64,000 nt of DNA from Candidatus Omnitrophota bacterium. Its GTDB lineage: Bacteria > Omnitrophota > Omnitrophia > Omnitrophales > Aquincolibacteriaceae. Location: positions 7,605 to 71,604 of the forward strand of contig JAYTHE010000011.1 of NCBI GenBank assembly GCA_043732705.1, in the 5' to 3' direction. Below the pieces are notes generated by a model that saw nothing but the letters and a program-made list of their open reading frames with translations, was not told the DNA's origin and made no database searches. A program made the position numbers and the translations under genes. Positions 29,535 through 38,295 of this stretch are shown here, piece by piece (position 1 is the first letter of the stretch; the number at the start of each line of letters is the position of its first letter).

Positions 29535-31127
29535 TTATTTTAATTTATCCAAGGAACCGAGAAGCTGTCCGGCCTTCTTGAGCTGTTCTTTCCGAGCTGA
29601 TTCCAGATCAATTCCCGCAAATTCCCTGCGCCGGCTTCCCACAGGCAGAAAGTGATTCAAAACGATACAGCACCATTTTATGCGATACAGCCTTAACAAT
29701 AAACGGATTCTTTGGGCGGTTTTAACTGGATGATCCGTCATTTCCGACAGGGTTTTAACGACACCATCCAGACATTCAACCGGCACAGGCAAAGCCTCCT
29801 GTGAAAAAAAATCACCTGCAGTTTTAGCGGGATCATCCCAACCGGCATATTCAAAATCAAGAAAAACAAATTCACCGGTGTTTTTTTTAAGCGCATTGTG
29901 AAACCCAAAATCTGAGGGAGAAATAATCCTATCACCGACAGCCAGCTTTTCATCAAGATCGATTTGCTTTGTTTTGGCTTCAGCCAGAATTTCCATTTCA
30001 ATCCTCTGAAAAGCAGGAATCAATTCATTGTTGATGAATCGTTTAGCATCGGCATCATCCACGGACTCAAGCCGTTTAATTCGGGATTTCAGCATATCCA
30101 AATGCTCCCGCACCGAAAAACAGGCTTCGGAGGCAAGCGGAAAATCCTGGCCAGCCCGGCTGCGGCAGTTATTCAAATCGATAAGAAAATCAAACGCTGC
30201 TTTCACGGCCGCGGAATTGATCTCCTCCGGAAGCAGCCTTTTGCCTTCAGCATAGGAATAAACCGCCAAATCATCCCGATCACTTCTGGCGATGGGACGC
30301 GGTAATGCTTTCACACCGTTCTTCTCAGTAAAATCAAGAAACGCATATTCGGTACTAAGGCGGTTTCTTTGGTCATCTTTATGCGTAAAATAATGCTTCG
30401 CAATGAATCTCCGCCCCTCTTGCTCCGCAAGATAGATACGATTGTTGCCGCCGTAAGGCAATTTTGCGATATTCCATTTCCCCTGAGGCAGTAAAGCGCT
30501 GATTTTTATTTTTAAATCATTTTCCGATTCAATATTTTCAAAAAAAGATTCGATTGCATTCCAGGAATTGCAAACCGTCACGCCCTTTTCCGGAACGGCA
30601 TTACAGGCAGGAGCAAAAAGAATTTTTTCCGCCCCGCCCGGAAAAAGTTTATCTGATAATAATTCCGGCAAATCATCGACAAAATGTGTGCAGGCGCATA
30701 CACCGATCTGTTTCAGTTTTTCTTCTTTGGTTTCTTTAAAAAAAACATCTTCGCGTGAAAAGCCATGAGCCCTCAGCCATTCCCACGCGGCCGCATGCAA
30801 ATCATGCGATTCCCCTTTATAAGGAGTACGGGTTTTATGGCTGATAATAAAAACCTGAATATTTTTCTTTTTAAGCGCGGCCAGACATTCCAATGCGCCG
30901 GGAAAAGCCGCAGCTTCTGACATGCGTGTTCCATAAACAAAACCCTGCATTTCAGTCCATGCGTCTTCTTTTCCGGTTTGGCGCAGGAAATCACGGACAC
31001 TTTCCTTAGTTTTGGAAATGTGTTCAGGAATCAACCCGCGTTCTAAAGCAACACGGTGAAAGACTTCGTCATAGCGGACAATCGTATTATCAAAATCAAC
31101 GCCGACAATCAGTTTCGCGGCAGGCAT
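29535..31127 (-). CDS. Fusion: HAD-superfamily phosphatase + aminoglycoside-phosphotransferase-like kinase
   Basis: GVDFDNT (DxD), ISHKT, FVDDL; then GGNNRIY, AKHY, SPSDFGFHNAL, LDFEYAGWDDP. Confidence 0.8.
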   Translation of the reverse strand: MPAAKLIVGVDFDNTIVRYDEVFHRVALERGLIPEHISKTKESVRDFLRQTGKEDAWTEMQGFVYGTRMSEAAAFPGALECLAALKKKNIQVFIISHKTRTPYKGESHDLHAAAWEWLRAHGFSREDVFFKETKEEKLKQIGVCACTHFVDDLPELLSDKLFPGGAEKILFAPACNAVPEKGVTVCNSWNAIESFFENIESENDLKIKISALLPQGKWNIAKLPYGGNNRIYLAEQEGRRFIAKHYFTHKDDQRNRLSTEYAFLDFTEKNGVKALPRPIARSDRDDLAVYSYAEGKRLLPEEINSAAVKAAFDFLIDLNNCRSRAGQDFPLASEACFSVREHLDMLKSRIKRLESVDDADAKRFINNELIPAFQRIEMEILAEAKTKQIDLDEKLAVGDRIISPSDFGFHNALKKNTGEFVFLDFEYAGWDDPAKTAGDFFSQEALPVPVECLDGVVKTLSEMTDHPVKTAQRIRLLLRLYRIKWCCIVLNHFLPVGSRRREFAGIDLESARKEQLKKAGQLLGSLDKLK

Positions 31128-32050
31128 CAGACAATTCGTTCTTTGAGGATTTTTGCCGTAATGGAATCAGCTTGAAGGCCATACTGAGCGCGAGCATAGG
31201 CTTGTTTGCCTAAAGTATTTAAAAAATAGTCGCCGGTCCCGAAGCGCAGCAGTCTGCATTTTGTAATATACCGGTCCGTCATCCATTCGGAAACTGCGCC
31301 GCCCAATCCGCTGATCAGGCTGTGCTCTTCGATGGTCACAAGGGTTTTAAATGTCTCCGTTGCTTTTTTCAGCAATTCCTCATCCAAAGGTTTTACCGTA
31401 TGGAAACTTTCCACGCGCACAGAAACACCTTGCTCTTCAAGCAGATTAGCTGTTTCAAGCGCCAAACTCATGACATTGCCTGTGCTTAAAATGCAAACAT
31501 CAGTTCCTTTACGAACCGTGATCGCTTTACCGATTTTAAAATCTGGCTCCTGTAAATGAATGTCGGGCTCACCTTTTTTACCAAGGCGCAAATAGACCGG
31601 CCCCTTCTGTTTTAAGGCTGCACGCAAAGCCAGGCGGATTTCAACCGGATCGCAGGGACAAACAATTGAAATATTGGGAAACATGCGCAGAAGACCGATG
31701 TCATCGCAGGAATGATGCGTCGGCCCGAGCTCAGCATAAGAAAGCCCCGCCCCTGTACCGGCGATAATCACCGGTACATTGTGATAGCACACATCCACGC
31801 GGATTTGCTCAAGGCAGCGCACAGTCGCAAAAGACGTAATGGTATAAGTCACGGGGCGAAAACCGTTCATGGCCAATCCGGCAGCCATTCCGGTCATGTT
31901 GGCTTCAGCGACTCCGCAATTGTAAAAACGCCCGGGCGCGGCCGCTTTGAACTCATCAAAAAGCTTGTTCCCGATATCTCCCGCGAGCAGCACAACCTCA
32001 GGGTTTTCAGCAGCCAGTGCAGTAAGCTCTTTGGCAAATGCATTTCTCAT
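31127..32050 (-). CDS. Transketolase, C-terminal (pyrimidine-binding) subunit
   Basis: GVAEANM, EQIRVD, GPTHH, YLRLGK, TIEEH. Start placed at ATG 32050. Confidence 0.9.
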   Translation of the reverse strand: MRNAFAKELTALAAENPEVVLLAGDIGNKLFDEFKAAAPGRFYNCGVAEANMTGMAAGLAMNGFRPVTYTITSFATVRCLEQIRVDVCYHNVPVIIAGTGAGLSYAELGPTHHSCDDIGLLRMFPNISIVCPCDPVEIRLALRAALKQKGPVYLRLGKKGEPDIHLQEPDFKIGKAITVRKGTDVCILSTGNVMSLALETANLLEEQGVSVRVESFHTVKPLDEELLKKATETFKTLVTIEEHSLISGLGGAVSEWMTDRYITKCRLLRFGTGDYFLNTLGKQAYARAQYGLQADSITAKILKERIV

Positions 32051-32051
32051 T

Positions 32052-32876
32052 TTAAGCCAGCCCCAATTCTTTTTTTGCGGCCTGGATCTCTTCAGCCTTC
32101 GGAGTGCGGTAATGCCAATTGTTGTTATCTTCCATAAAGGAAACACCTTTTCCTTTTACGGTATGACAAATAATCGCCACAGGTTTTCCGGAACCGTCCG
32201 GTATTTTTGAAAAAAGATTTACCAAGCCGGAAATATCGTGGCCGTCTGTTTCATAAGCGCTCCAGCCAAAAGTTTGCCATTTCTCTTTGAGCGGATCCAA
32301 TGCCATGACTGATTGACTGCGGTCAGTTGCCTGCCATTTATTAAAATCAATAATGACACAAAGATTGGAAAGTTTTTGTGCCCCCGCGAAAAGCGCAGCC
32401 TCCCAAACTGAGCCTTCATTGCATTCGCCATCACTCATTAATGCAATAATCTTATTCGGGTTCTTTTTGATGCGCGATGCCAAGGCCATGCCCGTGCCGA
32501 TCGGTAAACCATGGCCCAAGGAACCCGTTGCCGCCTCAATTCCCGGCACGCCATGCGCGGGCGGATGTTCAGCAAATAAACTTCCGTCTTCGCCATAATG
32601 ATCCAATTCAGAAAACGGGAAAAATCCGCGCATCGCAAGTAATTGAAAAAGCGCGGGTGCGGCATGCCCCTTGCTTAATAAGAAGCGGTCTCGATTGTCC
32701 GCTGTGGGATTTTTGGGATCAACATTCAGCGGCCCCCAATAAAGCGCCGTTAAAATATCTACGCAGGAAAGGCAAGAACCTAAATGCGGGATCTTCGCCT
32801 TCCCTGAGGTTTCAATAATTCTAAAACGCAGTTCCGCCGCAATCCGCCCAAGATCAGTAACTTCGCGGGTTGTCAT
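32052..32876 (-). CDS. Transketolase, N-terminal (ThDP-binding) subunit
   Basis: HLGSCLS, DRFLLSKGH, TGSLGHG, SDGECNEGSVWEA, TVKGKG. Confidence 0.92.
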   Translation of the reverse strand: MTTREVTDLGRIAAELRFRIIETSGKAKIPHLGSCLSCVDILTALYWGPLNVDPKNPTADNRDRFLLSKGHAAPALFQLLAMRGFFPFSELDHYGEDGSLFAEHPPAHGVPGIEAATGSLGHGLPIGTGMALASRIKKNPNKIIALMSDGECNEGSVWEAALFAGAQKLSNLCVIIDFNKWQATDRSQSVMALDPLKEKWQTFGWSAYETDGHDISGLVNLFSKIPDGSGKPVAIICHTVKGKGVSFMEDNNNWHYRTPKAEEIQAAKKELGLA

Positions 32877-33815
32877 TTAAAACGAAAGCTTCTTCATGGT
32901 TTTGATGTTATAGCAGTTCTCTTCATCTTTAAGGCTTCCCCCGCGGTAAGCATCTATCACTTCCTTGATCGCATCCGCCACGGTGCACTCTTGTTTGAAT
33001 CCGGTCGCGAGCAATTTGTCTGAGTTCAGGCGGTAAGAACGGGGATCATTGGATTCCGTGACGATGATTTCAACCGGGATTAATTTCGTCACGCGCTGCG
33101 CGATATCCATAATGGAAATATTTTCAAATCCGGCATTAAAAATACCAGTCTTTTTGGTTCCCAACTTTAAAAAATGCAGATAAACGCCGATCATATCTTT
33201 AAGATTGATATTCGGGCGCACTTGAGCCCCTCCAAACACCGTAATCTTCCCTTTCGCAAGCGATTGCATCGTCAAAAGATTGACGGAAAGATCAAGACGC
33301 ATTCGCGGCGATACGCCACAAACCGTGGCGGGACGAATGATTTGAACGGCGATTTTATCTTGATAACTTAAAAGCACGCGCTCGCTGATCATTTTTGTTT
33401 TGTTATAATCCGAAATCGGTACCAATGAAAGCTCTTCCGTTACTTGCGGCTCGTCTTTAACTCCGTAAACGCTGCCCGAGCTGGCATAGATAAATTGCTT
33501 TACGCCGCTTTGAATCGCTTTTTCGACGAGAGTCATCGTGGCAAGCACATTGACTTCCCAAGCAAGTTTGGAATTCAAATCGCCGCAGGGGTCATTCGCC
33601 ACATTGGCCAAATGAATAATCGCATCGACGTCCTGCATCGGAATCTTTTCGGTATTGCGAATATCTTCTTTGATAATCGTCAGCTTCGGATGTGGTTTCA
33701 AATAATTACCAAACCACATAATGTCGACGCCGATAATCGTGTGTCCCTGTTCAAGAAGCGTCTGAGTTAAAACAGTGCCGACATAACCGCAAGCACCCGT
33801 AACAAGAATATGCAT
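32877..33815 (-). CDS. Extended SDR NDP-sugar epimerase/reductase
   Basis: TGACGYVG, ASSGSVYG, YNKTK, RMRLDL. Confidence 0.85.
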   Translation of the reverse strand: MHILVTGACGYVGTVLTQTLLEQGHTIIGVDIMWFGNYLKPHPKLTIIKEDIRNTEKIPMQDVDAIIHLANVANDPCGDLNSKLAWEVNVLATMTLVEKAIQSGVKQFIYASSGSVYGVKDEPQVTEELSLVPISDYNKTKMISERVLLSYQDKIAVQIIRPATVCGVSPRMRLDLSVNLLTMQSLAKGKITVFGGAQVRPNINLKDMIGVYLHFLKLGTKKTGIFNAGFENISIMDIAQRVTKLIPVEIIVTESNDPRSYRLNSDKLLATGFKQECTVADAIKEVIDAYRGGSLKDEENCYNIKTMKKLSF

Positions 33816-33831
33816 TTAAAATCCTCTTTCT

Positions 33832-34839
33832 TTACGCTTTATGCGAATAACTCAAAGGTTGTTTTTTAATTTCAGCAAGATTGGTCTTGACCCAGGCAAT
33901 CGTTTCGTCGATCCCATGTTCGAGCGAAATCCGGTCTTCCCAGCCAAGCTCTTTTTTGGCTTTCGAACTATCTAAAAGATACGCTGCATCTTTACCGGGC
34001 CGGTCTTCTGTGATTTTAACCGCATCCTCAAATTTGATATTGAGTTTAACTGTAATCATTTCCACGATTTGGCGGATTGAAATATTGCGAGTTGTTGAAA
34101 AATGATAAATCCCGCCAGCCTGGGCGCTGCGCATAACACGCAAAGTACCTTCTGCAACGTCCTTCATGTGAATAAACGAACGGACCGAATGGCCGCCGCC
34201 GTGCAACTGCAGCTTTTGTTCGGTAAGACAAAATAAAACAGTTCGCGGAATAATCCGGTAAAGCTGCTGCCCCGGGCCGTAAACATTGGCCGCACGCGTA
34301 AAACAAACCGGAAAATCGTAATTTTTAAAGAAAGTCATGAGACTCATATCCACAGCCGCTTTGGAAACGGCATAGGGTGTGCTGGGATTGTAATGCGTGC
34401 TTTCCTGCACAAGTCCGCTGCAGCTGCCGTAAACTTCCGGTGTTGATATATGCACGTATTTCTTAAGAAAAGCACATTTGCGCAGAAAATCATGCAATCG
34501 CACCGTCGAAACAACATTCGTCATCATCCAATGCTCAGGATTCTGCCAGCTTTCCGCCACCATGCTTTGCGCGGCAAAATTGACAACGTAATCCGGTTTA
34601 AAACTTTGGATCAAATCCGTGATTTTATTTAAGTCGTTATTAATATCCGCGGAGTGGAATTGAAAACGTTTTTGATTTTCATCCCGCAGCCAGCGATAAG
34701 GCAAAAAAACCCGGGCGGGTTCTTTTGAGCGGCTTACACCGGCGACTTCAGCGCCCGCTTCAAGCGCTTGCGCGGTAAAAGTAGCGCCTGAGAAAGAATT
34801 ACTGCCGATGACTACTATTTTCTCCAAAGCGCCGCTCAC
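33832..34839 (-). CDS. NDP-sugar 4,6-dehydratase-like extended SDR
   Basis: GSNSFSG (atypical glycine loop), NFAAQSMV, STPEVYG, PYAVSK, NVYGP, DRPGKD..Y. Confidence 0.75.
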   Translation of the reverse strand: MSGALEKIVVIGSNSFSGATFTAQALEAGAEVAGVSRSKEPARVFLPYRWLRDENQKRFQFHSADINNDLNKITDLIQSFKPDYVVNFAAQSMVAESWQNPEHWMMTNVVSTVRLHDFLRKCAFLKKYVHISTPEVYGSCSGLVQESTHYNPSTPYAVSKAAVDMSLMTFFKNYDFPVCFTRAANVYGPGQQLYRIIPRTVLFCLTEQKLQLHGGGHSVRSFIHMKDVAEGTLRVMRSAQAGGIYHFSTTRNISIRQIVEMITVKLNIKFEDAVKITEDRPGKDAAYLLDSSKAKKELGWEDRISLEHGIDETIAWVKTNLAEIKKQPLSYSHKA

Positions 34840-35408
34840 TTATCTTTTTGAGGACTTTGCTCGTAAAGCCATTGCATTAAACCATGCGCCACAATCAATT
34901 GAATGTCTTCGGCAATTTGCATGTCCTGAACCGGAACATGCACCGAAACATCAGCCATACCAAGCGCCGCACCGCCTGAATATCCCAAAATTGCCACAGA
35001 AGTCAGATTCATTTTTTTTGCGGTCTTCAAAGCGCTGATAATATTGGCAGAATTCCCGCTTCCAGAAAGAACAATCAACATATCCCCGGGGTTCGCAAGA
35101 ACTTCCAGCTGCCCTGAAAATATTTCGGCGTAAGCCACATCATTTGCGAGACAAGTCGTGATGGACTGATTGGCGGTCAGCGCATGAACCCTGAGCCCTT
35201 TGCCCTGTCCTTTGGCAGCCCCGTAAAACAGATCATTTGCAAAATGCAATGCATTCGCGGCGCTCCCGCCATTACCGCAAATAAAAACCTGCGCGTTCTT
35301 TTTCCAAACGGATAAAATCTTATCAAAAAATAAGGTGATTTTATCTTGTGGCAGCAGTTGCAGTGCGTCTATCAGCCGGTTGCTGTATTTGCCCATCGGG
35401 GTTGTCAT
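34836..35408 (-). CDS. gmhA: Phosphoheptose isomerase (SIS domain)
   Basis: CGNGGSAANALH, TCLAND, SGSGNS, EDIQ...H. Start placed at ATG 35408. Confidence 0.8.
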   Translation of the reverse strand: MTTPMGKYSNRLIDALQLLPQDKITLFFDKILSVWKKNAQVFICGNGGSAANALHFANDLFYGAAKGQGKGLRVHALTANQSITTCLANDVAYAEIFSGQLEVLANPGDMLIVLSGSGNSANIISALKTAKKMNLTSVAILGYSGGAALGMADVSVHVPVQDMQIAEDIQLIVAHGLMQWLYEQSPQKDK

Positions 35409-35516
35409 AAAATAGCCTTTTTTATCGCCAAATGATCTCTGTCGATGGAAGGATATTAGCAAAAAGAGCCATTTAATGCCACCTTCGCAAACAGAGGGCT
35501 TTGGCAGAAGTATTCG

Positions 35517-37382
35517 TCAGGAACCGGCAGGTACTTTTTTCATGGCGGTGGTATAAAGCGGTAAGAGTTCCGAAGGTGTTCCTTGCCCTATCAGCTGCCC
35601 CTGATCAAGCCAAAAAAGATAGTCGCAAACTTCAACAGTGCTCAGCCGGTGCGCCACAACAATGCAGGTCGTTTTTTTTCTTAATGATAGAACCGTATCT
35701 TGAATAGCTTTTTCATTCGCCTGATCGAGCGAACTGGTCGCTTCGTCAAAAATAACAATATCCGGGTTGGCATAAAGCGCCCGGGCGATCGCAACACGCT
35801 GCGCCTGTCCGCCGGATAATCCCGTTCCATTTTCTCCGAGACGCATGCATATTCCGCCGCGGCCGGGGCTAATAAAATCAACAGCTGCTTTTTGACAGGC
35901 CTGCATCACGCGGCTTTCATCATAAGGTTTTCCCCATTCACTAAAAGCAACATTTTCTGCAATGGTCCCCGCCATCAAATAGGGATTTTGCGGAACATAA
36001 CCTACACGGAGACAATAAGCCGCGTGCTCTTCAGGCGACAAGCGCTTGCCATCCACGAGCATTTCACCCGCGGTTGGACTTAAAAGCCCGCTAAGTATGG
36101 TGATGAGAGTCGTTTTCCCAACGCCAGACGGCCCAACAAAACCAACCAGACTTCCCTTTTTAATTGTAAGTGAAACTCCGCTCAAACAATCTTGCGAACT
36201 TCCCGGATAACAAAAAGACGCCTGTTTTAAACTAATCTCGCGGCTAAAAGAAAAATTCATATCAGGCGGCGGTGGTATTTCCATAATATTGGTTCGAAGC
36301 GATTGGAGAACCTCCAGGCATTGTGAAGAAAAAGGTTTGTGCGCGCGAATCGACACCATCAAATTCACTACTTTATTGAGCGCCGGCAAAGCTCGCCACG
36401 CGGTTAACATCAGAAGAATAACAATCTTCGTAATATCCGCTATGCCGGCATGCCAAAACTTGACCAGCACCGCGATCGCAGCGCTGATAATCGCAAAGCC
36501 GCATACTTCCAACACCCAGGTAGGAATTGTCGATGCAATCGCGAGATAAGCCCGGGGCCGGCTGCCGGCTTGTGCGGAATCAGATACTGCTTTAAGAAAA
36601 ACCGGCTGCTGCCTGTAAATTAAAACTTCGCGTATACCCCGCAACGCATTCACGATCGCGGCATTTTCCCGGGCTGACGCCGCCGCAGAATTTGCTCCGG
36701 CTGTATCCACGCTTTTTCGAATCAGCTTATAGGTCAGCAAACCCGCGCCGCCCATAAAAAGATAAACCGATAAAGTTAAAGCCGGTGCGGCGCAAGTTAA
36801 TCCGATAAAAAGAAAAGCTGTTGTGATCACATAACTTTGCACATTCAATAAACTGGAAATCATCGCTGTGAGATTTCCCCGCCAGCCCATAACCTGAAAG
36901 ATCCTTCCGCTTTGACTTGATAAGTGCCAGCGATAAGGACTGTATAAAAACCGCCGCATTATTTCATCGCTAACTTCACTCGAAACTTGTTCCGAAAAAA
37001 CAGCGGTTTGCCAATGGCTAAGCGCAGTCAAAATATTTTTAATTAAAATAAAAAACACAATAAATAATGACATAAACAAAATAAAGTTTCTGTCGTCCGA
37101 ACACCAGGAAGCAAGCCGGGGAAACAATTCAAAGATTGGCCGGAGAAAAAACAAATTTTTAACTTGTTCAGGCGCCGAAATGGACGCGCTAAAAAAAGCA
37201 ATCACATAAATCGTAAGGGTTTCCAGCACGGCAACAGCCAGCATAAGCGTCCGCAGAAAAATCATCCGGCGGTTCAGCGCGGGAGTCAAAACTTGGCGGA
37301 TATCGCGGATGTCGTGGAACATCAGTCGCGAAAACGCCTGAACCTGCTCGATGACAATATTTGTTTTTTGAATTTTAGACAT
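35517..37382 (-). CDS. ABC exporter (fused TMD-NBD), PglK/MsbA-like lipid-linked glycan flippase
   Basis: N-terminal TM domain; GPSGVGKT, VGYVPQ, LSGGQAQR, FDEATSSLD, AHRLSTV. Confidence 0.8.
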   Translation of the reverse strand: MSKIQKTNIVIEQVQAFSRLMFHDIRDIRQVLTPALNRRMIFLRTLMLAVAVLETLTIYVIAFFSASISAPEQVKNLFFLRPIFELFPRLASWCSDDRNFILFMSLFIVFFILIKNILTALSHWQTAVFSEQVSSEVSDEIMRRFLYSPYRWHLSSQSGRIFQVMGWRGNLTAMISSLLNVQSYVITTAFLFIGLTCAAPALTLSVYLFMGGAGLLTYKLIRKSVDTAGANSAAASARENAAIVNALRGIREVLIYRQQPVFLKAVSDSAQAGSRPRAYLAIASTIPTWVLEVCGFAIISAAIAVLVKFWHAGIADITKIVILLMLTAWRALPALNKVVNLMVSIRAHKPFSSQCLEVLQSLRTNIMEIPPPPDMNFSFSREISLKQASFCYPGSSQDCLSGVSLTIKKGSLVGFVGPSGVGKTTLITILSGLLSPTAGEMLVDGKRLSPEEHAAYCLRVGYVPQNPYLMAGTIAENVAFSEWGKPYDESRVMQACQKAAVDFISPGRGGICMRLGENGTGLSGGQAQRVAIARALYANPDIVIFDEATSSLDQANEKAIQDTVLSLRKKTTCIVVAHRLSTVEVCDYLFWLDQGQLIGQGTPSELLPLYTTAMKKVPAGS

Positions 37383-37514
37383 AAATAAATTGCCGATCGG
37401 TGCTATTTGGATTTTTCTTGCATCGAATTACCGCACACAAGCATATGATACACATTTTCTACGAAAAGATCTCCGCGCATACTACGTTAAAATGCAACCC
37501 CATATCGCTCGAGG

Positions 37515-37543
37515 TTGACAATTCTTCCCTATTCGACTAATTT
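37515..37543 (+). promoter_or_regulatory. Putative sigma70 promoter, probably giving a leaderless mRNA
   Basis: TTGACA (37515-37520), 17 nt, TAATTT (37538-37543); ATG at 37549; no Shine-Dalgarno. Confidence 0.45.
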
Positions 37544-37548
37544 GCAAC

Positions 37549-38295
37549 ATGCAAAACGACTCCCCTTTTATAAGCTTTATCATTCCGGTTTACAACGAAG
37601 AGCTCAACATCGACCGCATGCTGAGCAATCTTTATCACGTCCTCCATTCCCATCCGGAGTGGAACTGGGAAGTCGTGATTGTCGAAGACGGAAGCCGCGA
37701 CCAAACCAAGCAGGTTTTAAAAGAGAATATTCACAAATACCCTCAATCGCAGCTATTGATCCATGAAACCAATCAAGGCTATACGCAGTCTTTAAAAGAC
37801 GGTCTCGCGGCCGCGCGCGGACGTTATTTAATGTATGTCGGCGCTGACGAAGAATTTGACTCCTCTGAACTGCCGAATTTTGTGAATCTTTTTTTAAAAG
37901 ATGAAGCTGATCTTGTGCTGGGTGTCCGTTGGCAGCGAAACGCTTACGGCCTTTTCCGTTTTTTTGTTTCCGTCATTTATATTTTCTTTTTAAATTGGCT
38001 TTTTAAAATCCGGATCAATGACTACAACTGGTCGCAGGGTTGGAGCAGAAAAACTCTTGAATCCATGGATTTAACGTCAAAGTCTCTTTTCATACTGCCG
38101 CAAATCATTGTTCAGGCGCATGATTTGGGTTTTCGAATTAAAGAAGTCCCCTCGAATCATCGCGGCCGGCAATGGGGCAAATCTTCGCTTAACTTTAAAA
38201 TTATGGGATTTGCTCTGAAGGAAGCGTTGCTTTTTTATTTATTCCGCCGCAGCAGTAAGTATCCATACCGCACTCAAGCGTCCGCGTCTAACTGA
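37549..38295 (+). CDS. GT2 glycosyltransferase, DPM1-like
   Basis: IIPVYNE, EDGSRD, NQGY, GADEE. Confidence 0.85.
   Translation: MQNDSPFISFIIPVYNEELNIDRMLSNLYHVLHSHPEWNWEVVIVEDGSRDQTKQVLKENIHKYPQSQLLIHETNQGYTQSLKDGLAAARGRYLMYVGADEEFDSSELPNFVNLFLKDEADLVLGVRWQRNAYGLFRFFVSVIYIFFLNWLFKIRINDYNWSQGWSRKTLESMDLTSKSLFILPQIIVQAHDLGFRIKEVPSNHRGRQWGKSSLNFKIMGFALKEALLFYLFRRSSKYPYRTQASASN

Noticed and set aside
35455-35482. Possible sigma54 promoter upstream of gmhA (TGGCATTAAATGGCT / TGGCTCTTTTTGCT)
   Set aside because: GG-to-GC spacing is 9 and 8 nt rather than the required 10.
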